64,000 bases of DNA from NCBI GenBank assembly GCA_017537345.1, contig JAFYKY010000021.1, positions 18,554 to 82,553 on the forward strand, read 5' to 3'. The notes beneath the pieces are model-generated. The model searched no databases and was not told the origin of the DNA. It saw only the letters and a list, made by a program, of their open reading frames with translations. Of this stretch, positions 8,917 through 18,009 are shown one piece after another. Position 1 is the stretch's first letter; every line of letters starts with the position of its first letter. Both the position numbers and the translations under genes were made by a program. This DNA is from Clostridia bacterium. Its GTDB lineage: Bacteria; Bacillota; Clostridia; Oscillospirales; CAG-382.

Positions 8917-11900
8917 ATGCTGTATACCGGTCTGAATGACGAAGAGCTGGTAATGCTTACCCTCGCAGGGGAGCAATCCGCATACGAAGCATTGGTTGCG
9001 CGGTATGAAAAACGCGTTATCTCTGCGGCGGAATCCGTAACCCACAGCCGCTATATGGCGGAGGATGCGGCGCAGGATGCATTCGTAACCGCTTGGATGA
9101 AGCTGAATATGCTCCGTGAGCCGTCAAAATACGGCGCGTGGGTGTGCCGTATTGCGGGAAACTGCGCAAAGAACACCGTGTCCCGCTTCAAAAGCTATAT
9201 GAGCCTCGATATGCTTGAGGATATCGTTACAGACGAAAGACAAAGCGGTGATCCCGAAATGGCGTTCATATCCGAAGAAGAAAAAAGGCTTTTGCAGGAT
9301 AGTGTAAGCGAACTGCCAAGCAAGGTAAAGGAGATAATAACCCTTCATTACTACGGCGGTCTGTCCGTGGCGGATATTGCATCCCGTCTTGGAATTTCCG
9401 AAGGCACGGTCAAGTGGCAGTTACACGATGGCAGAAAGCGCATAAGAAAGGAATTGAGTGCTATGAACGAACAGATAGACGATACCTTGGTACAGCGCGT
9501 AATGAAGAAGGTAAAGGAATTAAAGCTGTGGAAACTGAAAAACAGCAAGCAGGGCTTTGAAACAGTATACAAGGACGTGCTTGCGGAGGCAGAGAAGCTT
9601 CCCGAATCCGCAGATAAAGCTCACGCTCTTGCAGACGTGCTTATGATGGGCTGGTGGTGGCTCCCCGGCGAAAAGAACGATGCGTTGTTTGAACGCATAT
9701 CAAAGCTTGCCGAAGAAGGCAAAAACGAAGACGTTATGGCGTTCGTCGTCGCTCAGCAGGACAGAAAGTGCTACGGCGAAAGCGTCAGAATTGAATTCGT
9801 AAAGGACGTGCAGATCCCCCGTCTTGAAAAGGCAGGCTTTAAAAAGGCATTGGCGCAGGAACTGCATTGGCTTGGACAGACCTATTGCTCCAAGGGCGAA
9901 GAAGAAAAGGGCAACGAGTGCTTTGAAAAAGCGAAAAAAGTACTTACTCCCTCCGACCTTTATTACGCATATACCATTGCCACCCAAAAAGCCCGTAAGG
10001 ACGTAACGGAAAAATACAAGGACGTAAATTCCAGAAGATACGTTGCAACCGCAATGGCAGATGAGCTTCGCCCCGTAAACGGCGAACTGCGCTATTGGGG
10101 CGGAACCTGGCACAAGGACGGGTATTTGTATTCCGCATCCCGAAACGCGGATATGATCTTCCAGAACGCATCCTATTGCGACGGTCATTTTACCGCCAAG
10201 GGACTTAAAAAGGGTGAATTTATCACCGCTTCCGATGGAACGACCCTCACCTTCGGCGGTGACGGAATTTCCCTTTCCACCCCCTGCGGAGAGTTTGAAA
10301 ACTGCTCCCTCTGGATAACCCGCCACGAAAATATCACTTACAGCACCTACTATAAAGACGGCGTCGGTATCGTCAAGCAGGTGAAAAAGGACAGTCTTGT
10401 TACCGAAACGAGAACCTTGAAAAACTACCGCGTATTCGGCGGAAAAGGACTTTTACCCTTTGCGGCGGGGAACACGTGGGAATACGATGCGGGCTATGAC
10501 GGCGATATTATGAGCCATAGCTGTGTGTTCACCGTTTGCCACGCGGATAAGGATAATATAATAATTTCCGGCAATAACGAAACCCACCGACATAAATACG
10601 ATGAAAACTCCTGGCTGGATATGATACAGCAGATACGAAGTGAATATTGGGTTGAAAGCGAAGACGGAACGCATAATATACAAGACGTTTCTCGCGCAGT
10701 AAAGCGGGCAGAACTTCTGGCAAAAACTCCTATGGAAAAAGCCCACACCAAGGCGGCTTGCTCGGTTGTAAGAAGAATTCTTGAAACAGACCCTTCCTTT
10801 AATCCCAATTACACCGCTATGGGACATTGGAACTTCTTTGAACGGAACGTTATTACCGTTTGCGATACCAAAGCGGTTATGACAGACGATTTCCGCTGGT
10901 CCTTCGAATGGAAAAGAGACCCTTCGGAAGCGCTTACCTGCAACGATATCTACGGCATATTCCACGATGCGTTGGGGTATTTGTGGTCGGATGAGCTTGT
11001 TTCGGGCGCGTCCTTCGAGCATACCCATCTTCTGTGGGAAGAAATGCCCATAAAAACTATGGTAAACTGCGAAGCGGTAGACGAGGTTACCGTAAAAGCG
11101 GGCAACTTTAAGGATTGCCTTAAAATAACGCTGGATATTTCCGAATATCCTTCAGGTTTTGAATACCGCGGCGGCAAAAAGGAATATTATTTTGCAAAGG
11201 GTATCGGTATTATAAAAACCGTGAACTATTTTTATAAAGGCGCGGTTACCGCCGTCTACGAATTGGAGTCGTTCACGGGCGAGGGAGAAGGATATATGCC
11301 CCTTGTTGACGGCGCATCCCGCTTTTACGTGGGCGTAAACCTTACGGACGGTGACGTATGCGGTGAAAACTGCTATTTCGTCAAGGACGAGGATGGCAAC
11401 ACCGTCTTGTTTGAAGACCGTATAGGCGTGCGTAAAAAACTCGAACCTATCAGCGATTACAGCTCCATCCACGGCGAAAATATCGAAGAAGAACTGTGGG
11501 AAGCGGGCAAGCACGAAGAAAGCAGATTGAAGCACGATATAAACAATTTCCACCTGCTTTGCCATTTTCTCGGCAGGTCGGGCAGATATTGGAACGCTCC
11601 CGAAAAGGCTGTGGCGTGGAACAAATACCGTTTAAAGATAATGGAAGACCTTAACGGCAACGGCGAGGTGCCCTCCGCGTGGCTTGGCTTATACGCCGCC
11701 ACACAGCTCAGAACGGGCTGCGCACTTTGCGGTCTTGGCAGGCCGGAGGAGGCAAAGCCGTATCTGGAAAAATCCCTTCAAAGCTTTATAAAATGGGAAG
11801 CTATCTCCAAGGATACTCCTATGGAGGTAGGCGATCCCTTTGTTTACGGCGGAATAAAGCTTATTAAGGGCACTAACCTTTTGCTGCTTCCCAACGGAGA

Positions 11901-12066
11901 GTATGACCGCGTGAGCAGAGATTACCCTTATCTGTTCCGCGACCGTATGGGACTTTTGGTCCACGCGGTGACTGCTCCCCACGGCTGGGAATGGTTCGAT
12001 GGCGTGCGGAGTGATGCATGGTTTGTGGAATTTGCCGAAAAGGTAAAAGCCGCATCAAATAATTGA
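8917..12066 (+). CDS. ECF sigma factor with an ~870-aa soluble C-terminal extension
   Basis: Sigma2 (AEDAAQDAFVTAW...AWVCRIAGN) and sigma4 (ITLHYYGGLSVADIASRLGISEGTVKWQLHDGRKRIRKEL) occupy aa 1-180. TPR-like helices and two internal repeats follow. AAAGGA RBS. Confidence 0.88.
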   Translation: MLYTGLNDEELVMLTLAGEQSAYEALVARYEKRVISAAESVTHSRYMAEDAAQDAFVTAWMKLNMLREPSKYGAWVCRIAGNCAKNTVSRFKSYMSLDMLEDIVTDERQSGDPEMAFISEEEKRLLQDSVSELPSKVKEIITLHYYGGLSVADIASRLGISEGTVKWQLHDGRKRIRKELSAMNEQIDDTLVQRVMKKVKELKLWKLKNSKQGFETVYKDVLAEAEKLPESADKAHALADVLMMGWWWLPGEKNDALFERISKLAEEGKNEDVMAFVVAQQDRKCYGESVRIEFVKDVQIPRLEKAGFKKALAQELHWLGQTYCSKGEEEKGNECFEKAKKVLTPSDLYYAYTIATQKARKDVTEKYKDVNSRRYVATAMADELRPVNGELRYWGGTWHKDGYLYSASRNADMIFQNASYCDGHFTAKGLKKGEFITASDGTTLTFGGDGISLSTPCGEFENCSLWITRHENITYSTYYKDGVGIVKQVKKDSLVTETRTLKNYRVFGGKGLLPFAAGNTWEYDAGYDGDIMSHSCVFTVCHADKDNIIISGNNETHRHKYDENSWLDMIQQIRSEYWVESEDGTHNIQDVSRAVKRAELLAKTPMEKAHTKAACSVVRRILETDPSFNPNYTAMGHWNFFERNVITVCDTKAVMTDDFRWSFEWKRDPSEALTCNDIYGIFHDALGYLWSDELVSGASFEHTHLLWEEMPIKTMVNCEAVDEVTVKAGNFKDCLKITLDISEYPSGFEYRGGKKEYYFAKGIGIIKTVNYFYKGAVTAVYELESFTGEGEGYMPLVDGASRFYVGVNLTDGDVCGENCYFVKDEDGNTVLFEDRIGVRKKLEPISDYSSIHGENIEEELWEAGKHEESRLKHDINNFHLLCHFLGRSGRYWNAPEKAVAWNKYRLKIMEDLNGNGEVPSAWLGLYAATQLRTGCALCGLGRPEEAKPYLEKSLQSFIKWEAISKDTPMEVGDPFVYGGIKLIKGTNLLLLPNGEYDRVSRDYPYLFRDRMGLLVHAVTAPHGWEWFDGVRSDAWFVEFAEKVKAASNN

Positions 12067-12082
12067 TCACCCATATAATAAC

Positions 12083-12112
12083 AAAAAACCTCGGTCAAAC
12101 CGAGGTTTTTTT
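12083..12112. terminator. Bidirectional intrinsic terminator
   Basis: AAAAAACCTCGGT-CAA-ACCGAGGTTTTTTT between convergent genes. Confidence 0.85.
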
Positions 12113-12123
12113 ATGGTGATTTT

Positions 12124-12417
12124 TTACTTTGCGCTGTTTTTCAATTCTCTTTCAAGCCAGATTGTGCCGATCTCGAATGCATCGAAAAAGCTCTTTTTCT
12201 CGCACTGCTTAACTACCTTCTGGGCGAAGGATACGTTTTCGTCGGTATCCTGAATCTGAACGAGAACACGGGTGGCAACTTCAAGGTCGCCGTCCTTTTT
12301 GGTTTCAAGTATATTCATAAACAGAATATATTTATCATCGGGGTAGCCGTAAAACAGGAATCTGTCCTGTCTTACCAAAGGCTTACCCTTATACATAAGA
12401 GTATTTACGTCTGCCAT
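12124..12417 (-). CDS. Small conserved hypothetical protein
   Basis: 97-aa ORF starting 2 nt after the ireB stop, with a GAGGT RBS and ordinary codon usage. Confidence 0.75.
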   Translation of the reverse strand: MADVNTLMYKGKPLVRQDRFLFYGYPDDKYILFMNILETKKDGDLEVATRVLVQIQDTDENVSFAQKVVKQCEKKSFFDAFEIGTIWLERELKNSAK

Positions 12418-12419
12418 TT

Positions 12420-12692
12420 TTAGTTACCTCTCTTGGGGGAGGATTTAAGATAGCTTTGAACAAGTATCTTTAAAAGCTCGTCCCTGTCGATCTTGGTTAT
12501 AATCGTTCTTGCGTTGTTGTGGTTGGTGATATAGGTGGGGTCTCCGGAAAGGATGTAACCTACTATCTGGTTAATGGGATTATAGCCCTTTTCGGTAAGA
12601 GAATTATATACCGATTGCAGAGCAAGGCGTATTTCAAGTTCCTTTTGTTCCTGAATGGAAAAAGGCACTGTTTTTGTTGAATTTTCTCTCAT
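12420..12692 (-). CDS. ireB: IreB/ReoM family regulatory phosphoprotein (DUF965)
   Basis: [42 protein letters not shown] family signature; N-terminal Thr residues. Confidence 0.92.
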   Translation of the reverse strand: MRENSTKTVPFSIQEQKELEIRLALQSVYNSLTEKGYNPINQIVGYILSGDPTYITNHNNARTIITKIDRDELLKILVQSYLKSSPKRGN

Positions 12693-12729
12693 CTGTATAC
12701 CCTCCGTTGTTTTATTATCTGTTAACTTA

Positions 12730-12775
12730 ATTATACATTACCCAAAACCATATTTCAAGGGGAAATATGGTTTTG
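12730..12775 (-). promoter_or_regulatory. Sigma-A promoter of ireB overlapping the hairpin after pheT
   Basis: Minus-strand TTGAAA(12758-12753)-17-TATAAT(12735-12730). The 14-bp inverted repeat 12743-12756/12762-12775 overlaps it. Confidence 0.7.
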
Positions 12776-12799
12776 AGTAGAATTTGTTTTGCGGTGATT

Positions 12800-15187
12800 C
12801 TACGCTCTTAAAACTATACCGTACTCTGCTTCAAGCTTTTTAAGCAGTTTGTTTATTGCGTTGTCCGCTTCGGTATCGGAAAGTGTTCTGTCGGAAGCAC
12901 GGAGCGTGAGTCTGAACGCAACGCTCTTCTTTCCTTCGGGAACGCCCTTGCCTTTATAAAGGTCAAAAGCAACGATATTTTCAAGGGATTTACCGCAATA
13001 TTTCTTTGCCGCCGCATAAACGGTAGCGGCTGTCTGGCTATCGTCCATAAGCAGAGCAATATCACGCTCCATAGCGGGATATACAGCCAAAGGCTTGTAA
13101 TCCTTCTTGCCGCTTGTGGTAGCGAGTGCCGCAGGCACGTTAATTTCCGCTGCGTAAACGGGTACGTCGATATCGAAATTCTCTGCCACGGTGGGGTGTA
13201 TCTGACCCAGCACACCGATAACTACGCCTGCCTTGGAGATGACTGCGCATCTGCCGGGGTGGTAAGAGGGGTTGTTTTCCTCTGCTTCGATAACGTAATC
13301 GCGGATGTTCAGCTTATCCAAAAGACCTTCTACGTATCCCTTAAGATCGTAAAAATCTTCGGAAGAATCAAAGAACGCCATGGTAAGCACCTTGTGTTCC
13401 TTGGACATTTCCGTTTCATCGGGGAAGTAAACACAAGCGTTTTCAAACAAATGACAGCTTGAAGCACGCATGTTTTTGTTAAGGGCAACAACCTCAAGCA
13501 TAGAGGGAAGTGCGGTAGTTCGCATTACGGAAGTATCGTCGCCCAGAGGGTTAATAAGCTTAATGTTGTTCCTGCAAACGCTGTCCTCGGGAAGATTTAT
13601 CATATCATACCACTTGGGAGATATAAAGGAATAGGTATAGACCTCGTTGAATCCGTATGCGGTCATGGTGGAAAGCATATTGGAAACAAACTTTTGCTCT
13701 TCGGTGTATTTGCCTTCTTTTGCTTCGGATCTGAAAAGGGTGGGAGTTATGTTTGTGTATCCGTAAAGACGGGCAACCTCTTCTGCGATATCTGCGGTGG
13801 TAACCACGTCGCTTCTGTAGGGAGAAACGATAAGATTTCCCTTGCCGTCTGCAATAAGATCAAGAGGTGCAAGCAGCTCGCTCTGCTTTTCAAAAGAAAG
13901 GTCGGTGCCAAGGAGTGCGTTTACTCTCTGCCAATCAAAGGGGATAACGGTAGGCTCTATATTTACGTTGCAAACGTCTATCATACCGTCAACAACTTCG
14001 CCGCAGCCGAGGAGCTGAACAAGCTCGCAAGCTCTTTCAAGGGCGGGAACGGTGTTAACGGGGGGAAGTCCTTTTTCAAACTTTGCGCTGGATTCGGTGC
14101 GCAGGTTAACTGCACGGGAGGTAAGGCGGATATTCATTCTTGCAAAGTTTGCGGATTCAAATACCACGGTGTTGGTGGTATCAAGAATTTCGCTGTTTTC
14201 GCCGCCCATAATACCTGCAAGCGCTACGGGCTTTTCACCGTCTGCAATGCAAAGCATTTCGGTATTAAGCTCGTGTACGTTACCGTCAAGAGTGGTGATC
14301 TTTTCACCTGCTTTTGCGTTTCTTACAATAATTTCCTTGGAGGAAATGTAGTTGTAATCAAAAGCGTGCATAGGCTGACCGTACTCAAGCATTACGTAGT
14401 TGGTAATATCAACTATATTGTTTATGGGGCGTACGCCTGCGCTTCTCAGCTTGGCTCTGAGCCACAGAGGAGAAGGTGCGATCTTTACGTTCTTAATAAC
14501 CTTTGCGGAATATCTGGGGCAAAGCTCGGCGTTTTCAACCTTAACGGAGATATAGTTGGAAATATCGTCTCCGTCATTTGCGGGCTTTACAACAGGCTTG
14601 TTTATGCGGAGATCAGTACCGAAGGATGCGGCAACTTCTCTTGCAATTCCAAGATAAGAAAGGCAATCGGGACGGTTAAAGGTAAGCTCGAACTCCATAA
14701 GAGTATCGTTGAGCATGCAAACGTCACGGATATCGTCGCCGGGCTTGCAGTCTTCTTTAAGGATAAATATACCGTCTTCAACAGCATAAGGGAAATCGTT
14801 TACCGTAAGTCCAAGCTCGCCCAGAGAGCACAGCATACCTTGGGAAACTACGCCTCTCAGCTTGCCGTTTTTAATAACCTTTCCGCCGGGGAGATGAGCT
14901 CCGTCAAGGCAGGCGGGAACCAGATCGCCCACAGAAACGTTCTGTGCGCCGGTAACTATCTGTACGTTTTCTTCCTTGCCTACGTCTACCTGACATATCC
15001 ACAGATGGTCGCTGTCGGGATGGCGTTCCATGGCCATAACCTTACCAACAACCACGTTGGTAATATCCTCGCCCAGAATTTCATATCCTTCAACCTTGGT
15101 GCCGGTGTAGGTAAGCACTTCTGCAAATTCTCTGGGAGTGCAGCCAATATCTACGTATTCTTTAAGCCAATTAAGGGGTGTTTTCAT
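12800..15187 (-). CDS. pheT: Phenylalanyl-tRNA synthetase beta subunit
   Basis: HPDSDHL OB fold, NRPDCLS, INNIVDITNYVMLEYGQPMHAFD, EEVARLYGY and a C-terminal anticodon-binding domain. Confidence 0.97.
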   Translation of the reverse strand: MKTPLNWLKEYVDIGCTPREFAEVLTYTGTKVEGYEILGEDITNVVVGKVMAMERHPDSDHLWICQVDVGKEENVQIVTGAQNVSVGDLVPACLDGAHLPGGKVIKNGKLRGVVSQGMLCSLGELGLTVNDFPYAVEDGIFILKEDCKPGDDIRDVCMLNDTLMEFELTFNRPDCLSYLGIAREVAASFGTDLRINKPVVKPANDGDDISNYISVKVENAELCPRYSAKVIKNVKIAPSPLWLRAKLRSAGVRPINNIVDITNYVMLEYGQPMHAFDYNYISSKEIIVRNAKAGEKITTLDGNVHELNTEMLCIADGEKPVALAGIMGGENSEILDTTNTVVFESANFARMNIRLTSRAVNLRTESSAKFEKGLPPVNTVPALERACELVQLLGCGEVVDGMIDVCNVNIEPTVIPFDWQRVNALLGTDLSFEKQSELLAPLDLIADGKGNLIVSPYRSDVVTTADIAEEVARLYGYTNITPTLFRSEAKEGKYTEEQKFVSNMLSTMTAYGFNEVYTYSFISPKWYDMINLPEDSVCRNNIKLINPLGDDTSVMRTTALPSMLEVVALNKNMRASSCHLFENACVYFPDETEMSKEHKVLTMAFFDSSEDFYDLKGYVEGLLDKLNIRDYVIEAEENNPSYHPGRCAVISKAGVVIGVLGQIHPTVAENFDIDVPVYAAEINVPAALATTSGKKDYKPLAVYPAMERDIALLMDDSQTAATVYAAAKKYCGKSLENIVAFDLYKGKGVPEGKKSVAFRLTLRASDRTLSDTEADNAINKLLKKLEAEYGIVLRA

Positions 15188-15205
15188 TATACTGCTCTCC
15201 TTTCA

Positions 15206-16225
15206 TTAAAACTGTCCGAGGAAACGGATATCGTTTTCATAAAGATGACGCATATCGTCAATGCCGTAGCTGGTCATAACAACACGCTCAATACCCATAC
15301 CGAAAGCAAGACCGCTGTAAACTTCGGGGTCAATACCGCCTGCTTTAAGTACGTTGGGGTGTACCAGACCTGCGCCCAAAAGCTCTATCCAGCCTTCGCC
15401 CTTGCACAGACGGCATCCCTTGCCGCCGCACACGAAGCAGGAAACGTCAACCTCTGCGCTGGGTTCGGTAAAGGGGAAGTTGTGGGGACGGAAGCGGGTT
15501 TTTGTATCGCTGCCGAACATTTCCTTTGCCCACAGCTCCAAAAGGCCCTTAAGGTCGCCAAGGGTTATGTTTTTATCTATAACCAATCCCTCAAGCTGAT
15601 GGAACATAGGGGAGTGGGTGGCGTCAACCTCATCGCAACGGTAAACTCTGCCGGGAGAGATTATTCTTATAGGGGGAGTCATAGTCTTCATCGCACGGAT
15701 CTGTACGGGAGAAGTCTGGGTGCGAAGCAGGGTGGTGTCGTTGATATAGAAAGTATCCTGAAAATCTCTGGAGGGGTGGTCTGCAGGTGCGTTAAGTGCA
15801 TCAAAATTGTTGTATGCGCTTTCAACCTCGGGACCTTCAACGATATCGAATCCCAATCCCACAAAGATCTCCTTCATACGGTTTTCAACCTGAGTAATGG
15901 GGTGAAGCTTGCCGATAGTCTTTACCTTTGCGGGCATAGTAACGTCAAGCTTTTCTTTAACAAGAGCGTTTTTAAGTTCTTCGGAAGCAAGGGACGCGCC
16001 CTTTTCCTCAAGAAACGCTTCTATGTTTGCTCTTACTGTATTGGCGTAAGCGCCGATAACCGGTCTTTCTTCGGGTGTAAGTGCGCCCATTCCGCGGAGT
16101 ATTGCGGTAAGTGCACCTTTTTTGCCAAGATATTTAATTCTTACCGTTTCCAACGAAGCTTTGTCGGAAGCGGAAGCTATCTCCTGCGCGGCGGCAACAG
16201 AGATATTATCAAGTTGTGCTTTCAT
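15206..16225 (-). CDS. pheS: Phenylalanyl-tRNA synthetase alpha subunit
   Basis: HPSRDFQDTFY, LRTQTSPVQ, FPFTEPSAE and GLAFGMGIER motifs. Confidence 0.98.
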   Translation of the reverse strand: MKAQLDNISVAAAQEIASASDKASLETVRIKYLGKKGALTAILRGMGALTPEERPVIGAYANTVRANIEAFLEEKGASLASEELKNALVKEKLDVTMPAKVKTIGKLHPITQVENRMKEIFVGLGFDIVEGPEVESAYNNFDALNAPADHPSRDFQDTFYINDTTLLRTQTSPVQIRAMKTMTPPIRIISPGRVYRCDEVDATHSPMFHQLEGLVIDKNITLGDLKGLLELWAKEMFGSDTKTRFRPHNFPFTEPSAEVDVSCFVCGGKGCRLCKGEGWIELLGAGLVHPNVLKAGGIDPEVYSGLAFGMGIERVVMTSYGIDDMRHLYENDIRFLGQF

Positions 16226-16247
16226 TTATGTTATTCCTCCGTAAAAC

Positions 16248-16904
16248 TTACTGTTTTGCTATGTATTCGGATATTATTGCGGCTTTTTCCGCGGCGTATG
16301 CGGCGTTCAGATCGAATAACTTTTCGTCTGCCGCAAAATCGCTTACGGAACGTATTATAATAAAGGGAACCTTGTTGTTAAAGCATACGTGGGCGATAGC
16401 CGCGCCTTCCATTTCAGTGCAGAGCGCATCGGGATATTCCGCAAAAATATCTTCTCTTTGCGCTTCTGTGGAAACGAAGCAATCTCCCGTAACTACCGTG
16501 CCCACACGGTGGGGAATATTGTTTTCCGCGCAGGCGGTAAGAGCGGTGCTTACCATACTGCTGTCGGAATGAATATACTTATCCCCAAACATATCAACTA
16601 CAATGGATACGGGCTTGAAATCGTGGTACGCCGCCTTTTCGGCTATAATGATATCGCCGATATTAAGTCCCTCTGCCAATCCTCCCGCCGTGCCGGTGTT
16701 GATGATACGGTTGGGAGAATACTTATCTATAAGACGCTGGGTAAGAGAAGCGGCGTTTACCTTGCCAATACCGCATTGGCATATTATCACGGTATCATCA
16801 CCGTTTTCGGCAACAAAAATGCCGTTTTCGGTTTCTTTTGCGCCAAAGGTTTTGCAAAGCGTTTCCACTTCTATCTTCATTGCGCCGATAATTGCTGTGG
16901 TCAT
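16248..16904 (-). CDS. mtnN: 5'-methylthioadenosine/S-adenosylhomocysteine nucleosidase
   Basis: IIGAM..E, GIGKVNAA, NTGTAGG, EMEGAA and RSVSD motifs. Confidence 0.93.
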   Translation of the reverse strand: MTTAIIGAMKIEVETLCKTFGAKETENGIFVAENGDDTVIICQCGIGKVNAASLTQRLIDKYSPNRIINTGTAGGLAEGLNIGDIIIAEKAAYHDFKPVSIVVDMFGDKYIHSDSSMVSTALTACAENNIPHRVGTVVTGDCFVSTEAQREDIFAEYPDALCTEMEGAAIAHVCFNNKVPFIIIRSVSDFAADEKLFDLNAAYAAEKAAIISEYIAKQ

Positions 16905-16908
16905 ATTC

Positions 16909-18009
16909 TTACTCCAGATAATCCTTCAATTTTTTGCTTCTGCTGGGATGGCGGAGCTTGCGGAGCGCCTTTGCTTCTATCTGACGAATACGCTCACGGG
17001 TAATATCGAATACCTTACCAACCTCTTCAAGAGTACGGGGTCTGCCGTCCTCAAGTCCGAAACGGAGCTTAAGTACGCTTTCCTCACGGGGAGTAAGGGT
17101 TTTGAGCACCTCTATAAGCTGTTCGCGGAGCATCATAGAGTTTGCCGCTTCGGAGGGGGCGGGAGTCTTATCGTCTGCAATAAAATCACCCAGATGGCTG
17201 TCCTCTTCTTCGCCGATAGGCATTTCAAGGGAAACGGGCTCTTGCGCAATCTTAAGTATTTCACGCACCTTTTCTGCGGGGATCTTCATTTCTTCCGCAA
17301 TTTCTTCGTCGGTAGGATCTCTTCCCAGTTCCTGCAAAAGCTGTCTGGAAACGCGAAGCACCTTGTTGATGGTTTCTACCATGTGAACGGGAACGCGAAT
17401 GGTTCTTGCCTGATCCGCAATAGCTCTGGTTATAGCCTGTCTTATCCACCAGGTAGCATAGGTAGAAAACTTAAATCCCTTGCCGTAATCGAACTTTTCA
17501 ACAGCTTTCATAAGACCGAGGTTACCTTCCTGAATAAGATCAAGGAAGAACATGCCGCGGTTTACGTATCTCTTTGCAATACTTACAACCAGACGAAGGT
17601 TAGCTTCAACAAGCTGCTGTTTTGCAACGGTATCGCCGTTTACCATACGCTCTGCCAGCTCGTGCTCCTTTTCGGGAGTGAGCAGGGGAACCTTACCGAT
17701 ATCCTTAAGATACATTCTTACGGGGTCATCCACCGCTACGCCTTCTTGGGCAAGCAGTACTTCAACCTCTTCGGGGTTATCGTCGATAGTGTCTTCAAAA
17801 TCCTCATCGGGAAGCTCGAAAACAGAGGCGTCTATATCGTGGGTAACTTCAATTCCGCTGGATTCCAACGCATCAAACGTTTTTTCAAGTGCTTCCATGG
17901 AAGAATCGGTATCGTCCAATGCTTCCATAACTTCTGCGGCGGTAATACTTCCTTTTGCTTTCGCTTTTTCAATAAGTTCAGCCGCGATTTGCTTTTGGGT
18001 TTTCTCCAT
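16909..18009 (-). CDS. rpoD: Primary sigma factor SigA/RpoD
   Basis: [34 protein letters not shown] and TRERIRQIE motifs; follows dnaG. Confidence 0.98.
   Translation of the reverse strand: MEKTQKQIAAELIEKAKAKGSITAAEVMEALDDTDSSMEALEKTFDALESSGIEVTHDIDASVFELPDEDFEDTIDDNPEEVEVLLAQEGVAVDDPVRMYLKDIGKVPLLTPEKEHELAERMVNGDTVAKQQLVEANLRLVVSIAKRYVNRGMFFLDLIQEGNLGLMKAVEKFDYGKGFKFSTYATWWIRQAITRAIADQARTIRVPVHMVETINKVLRVSRQLLQELGRDPTDEEIAEEMKIPAEKVREILKIAQEPVSLEMPIGEEEDSHLGDFIADDKTPAPSEAANSMMLREQLIEVLKTLTPREESVLKLRFGLEDGRPRTLEEVGKVFDITRERIRQIEAKALRKLRHPSRSKKLKDYLE

Noticed and set aside
13694-16360. 888-aa antisense ORF spanning pheT and pheS
   Set aside because: It is in exact codon register with both sense genes (all coordinates are congruent mod 3). 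Avoidance of TTA, CTA and TCA codons in highly expressed genes removes antisense stops. The translation has no recognisable motifs.
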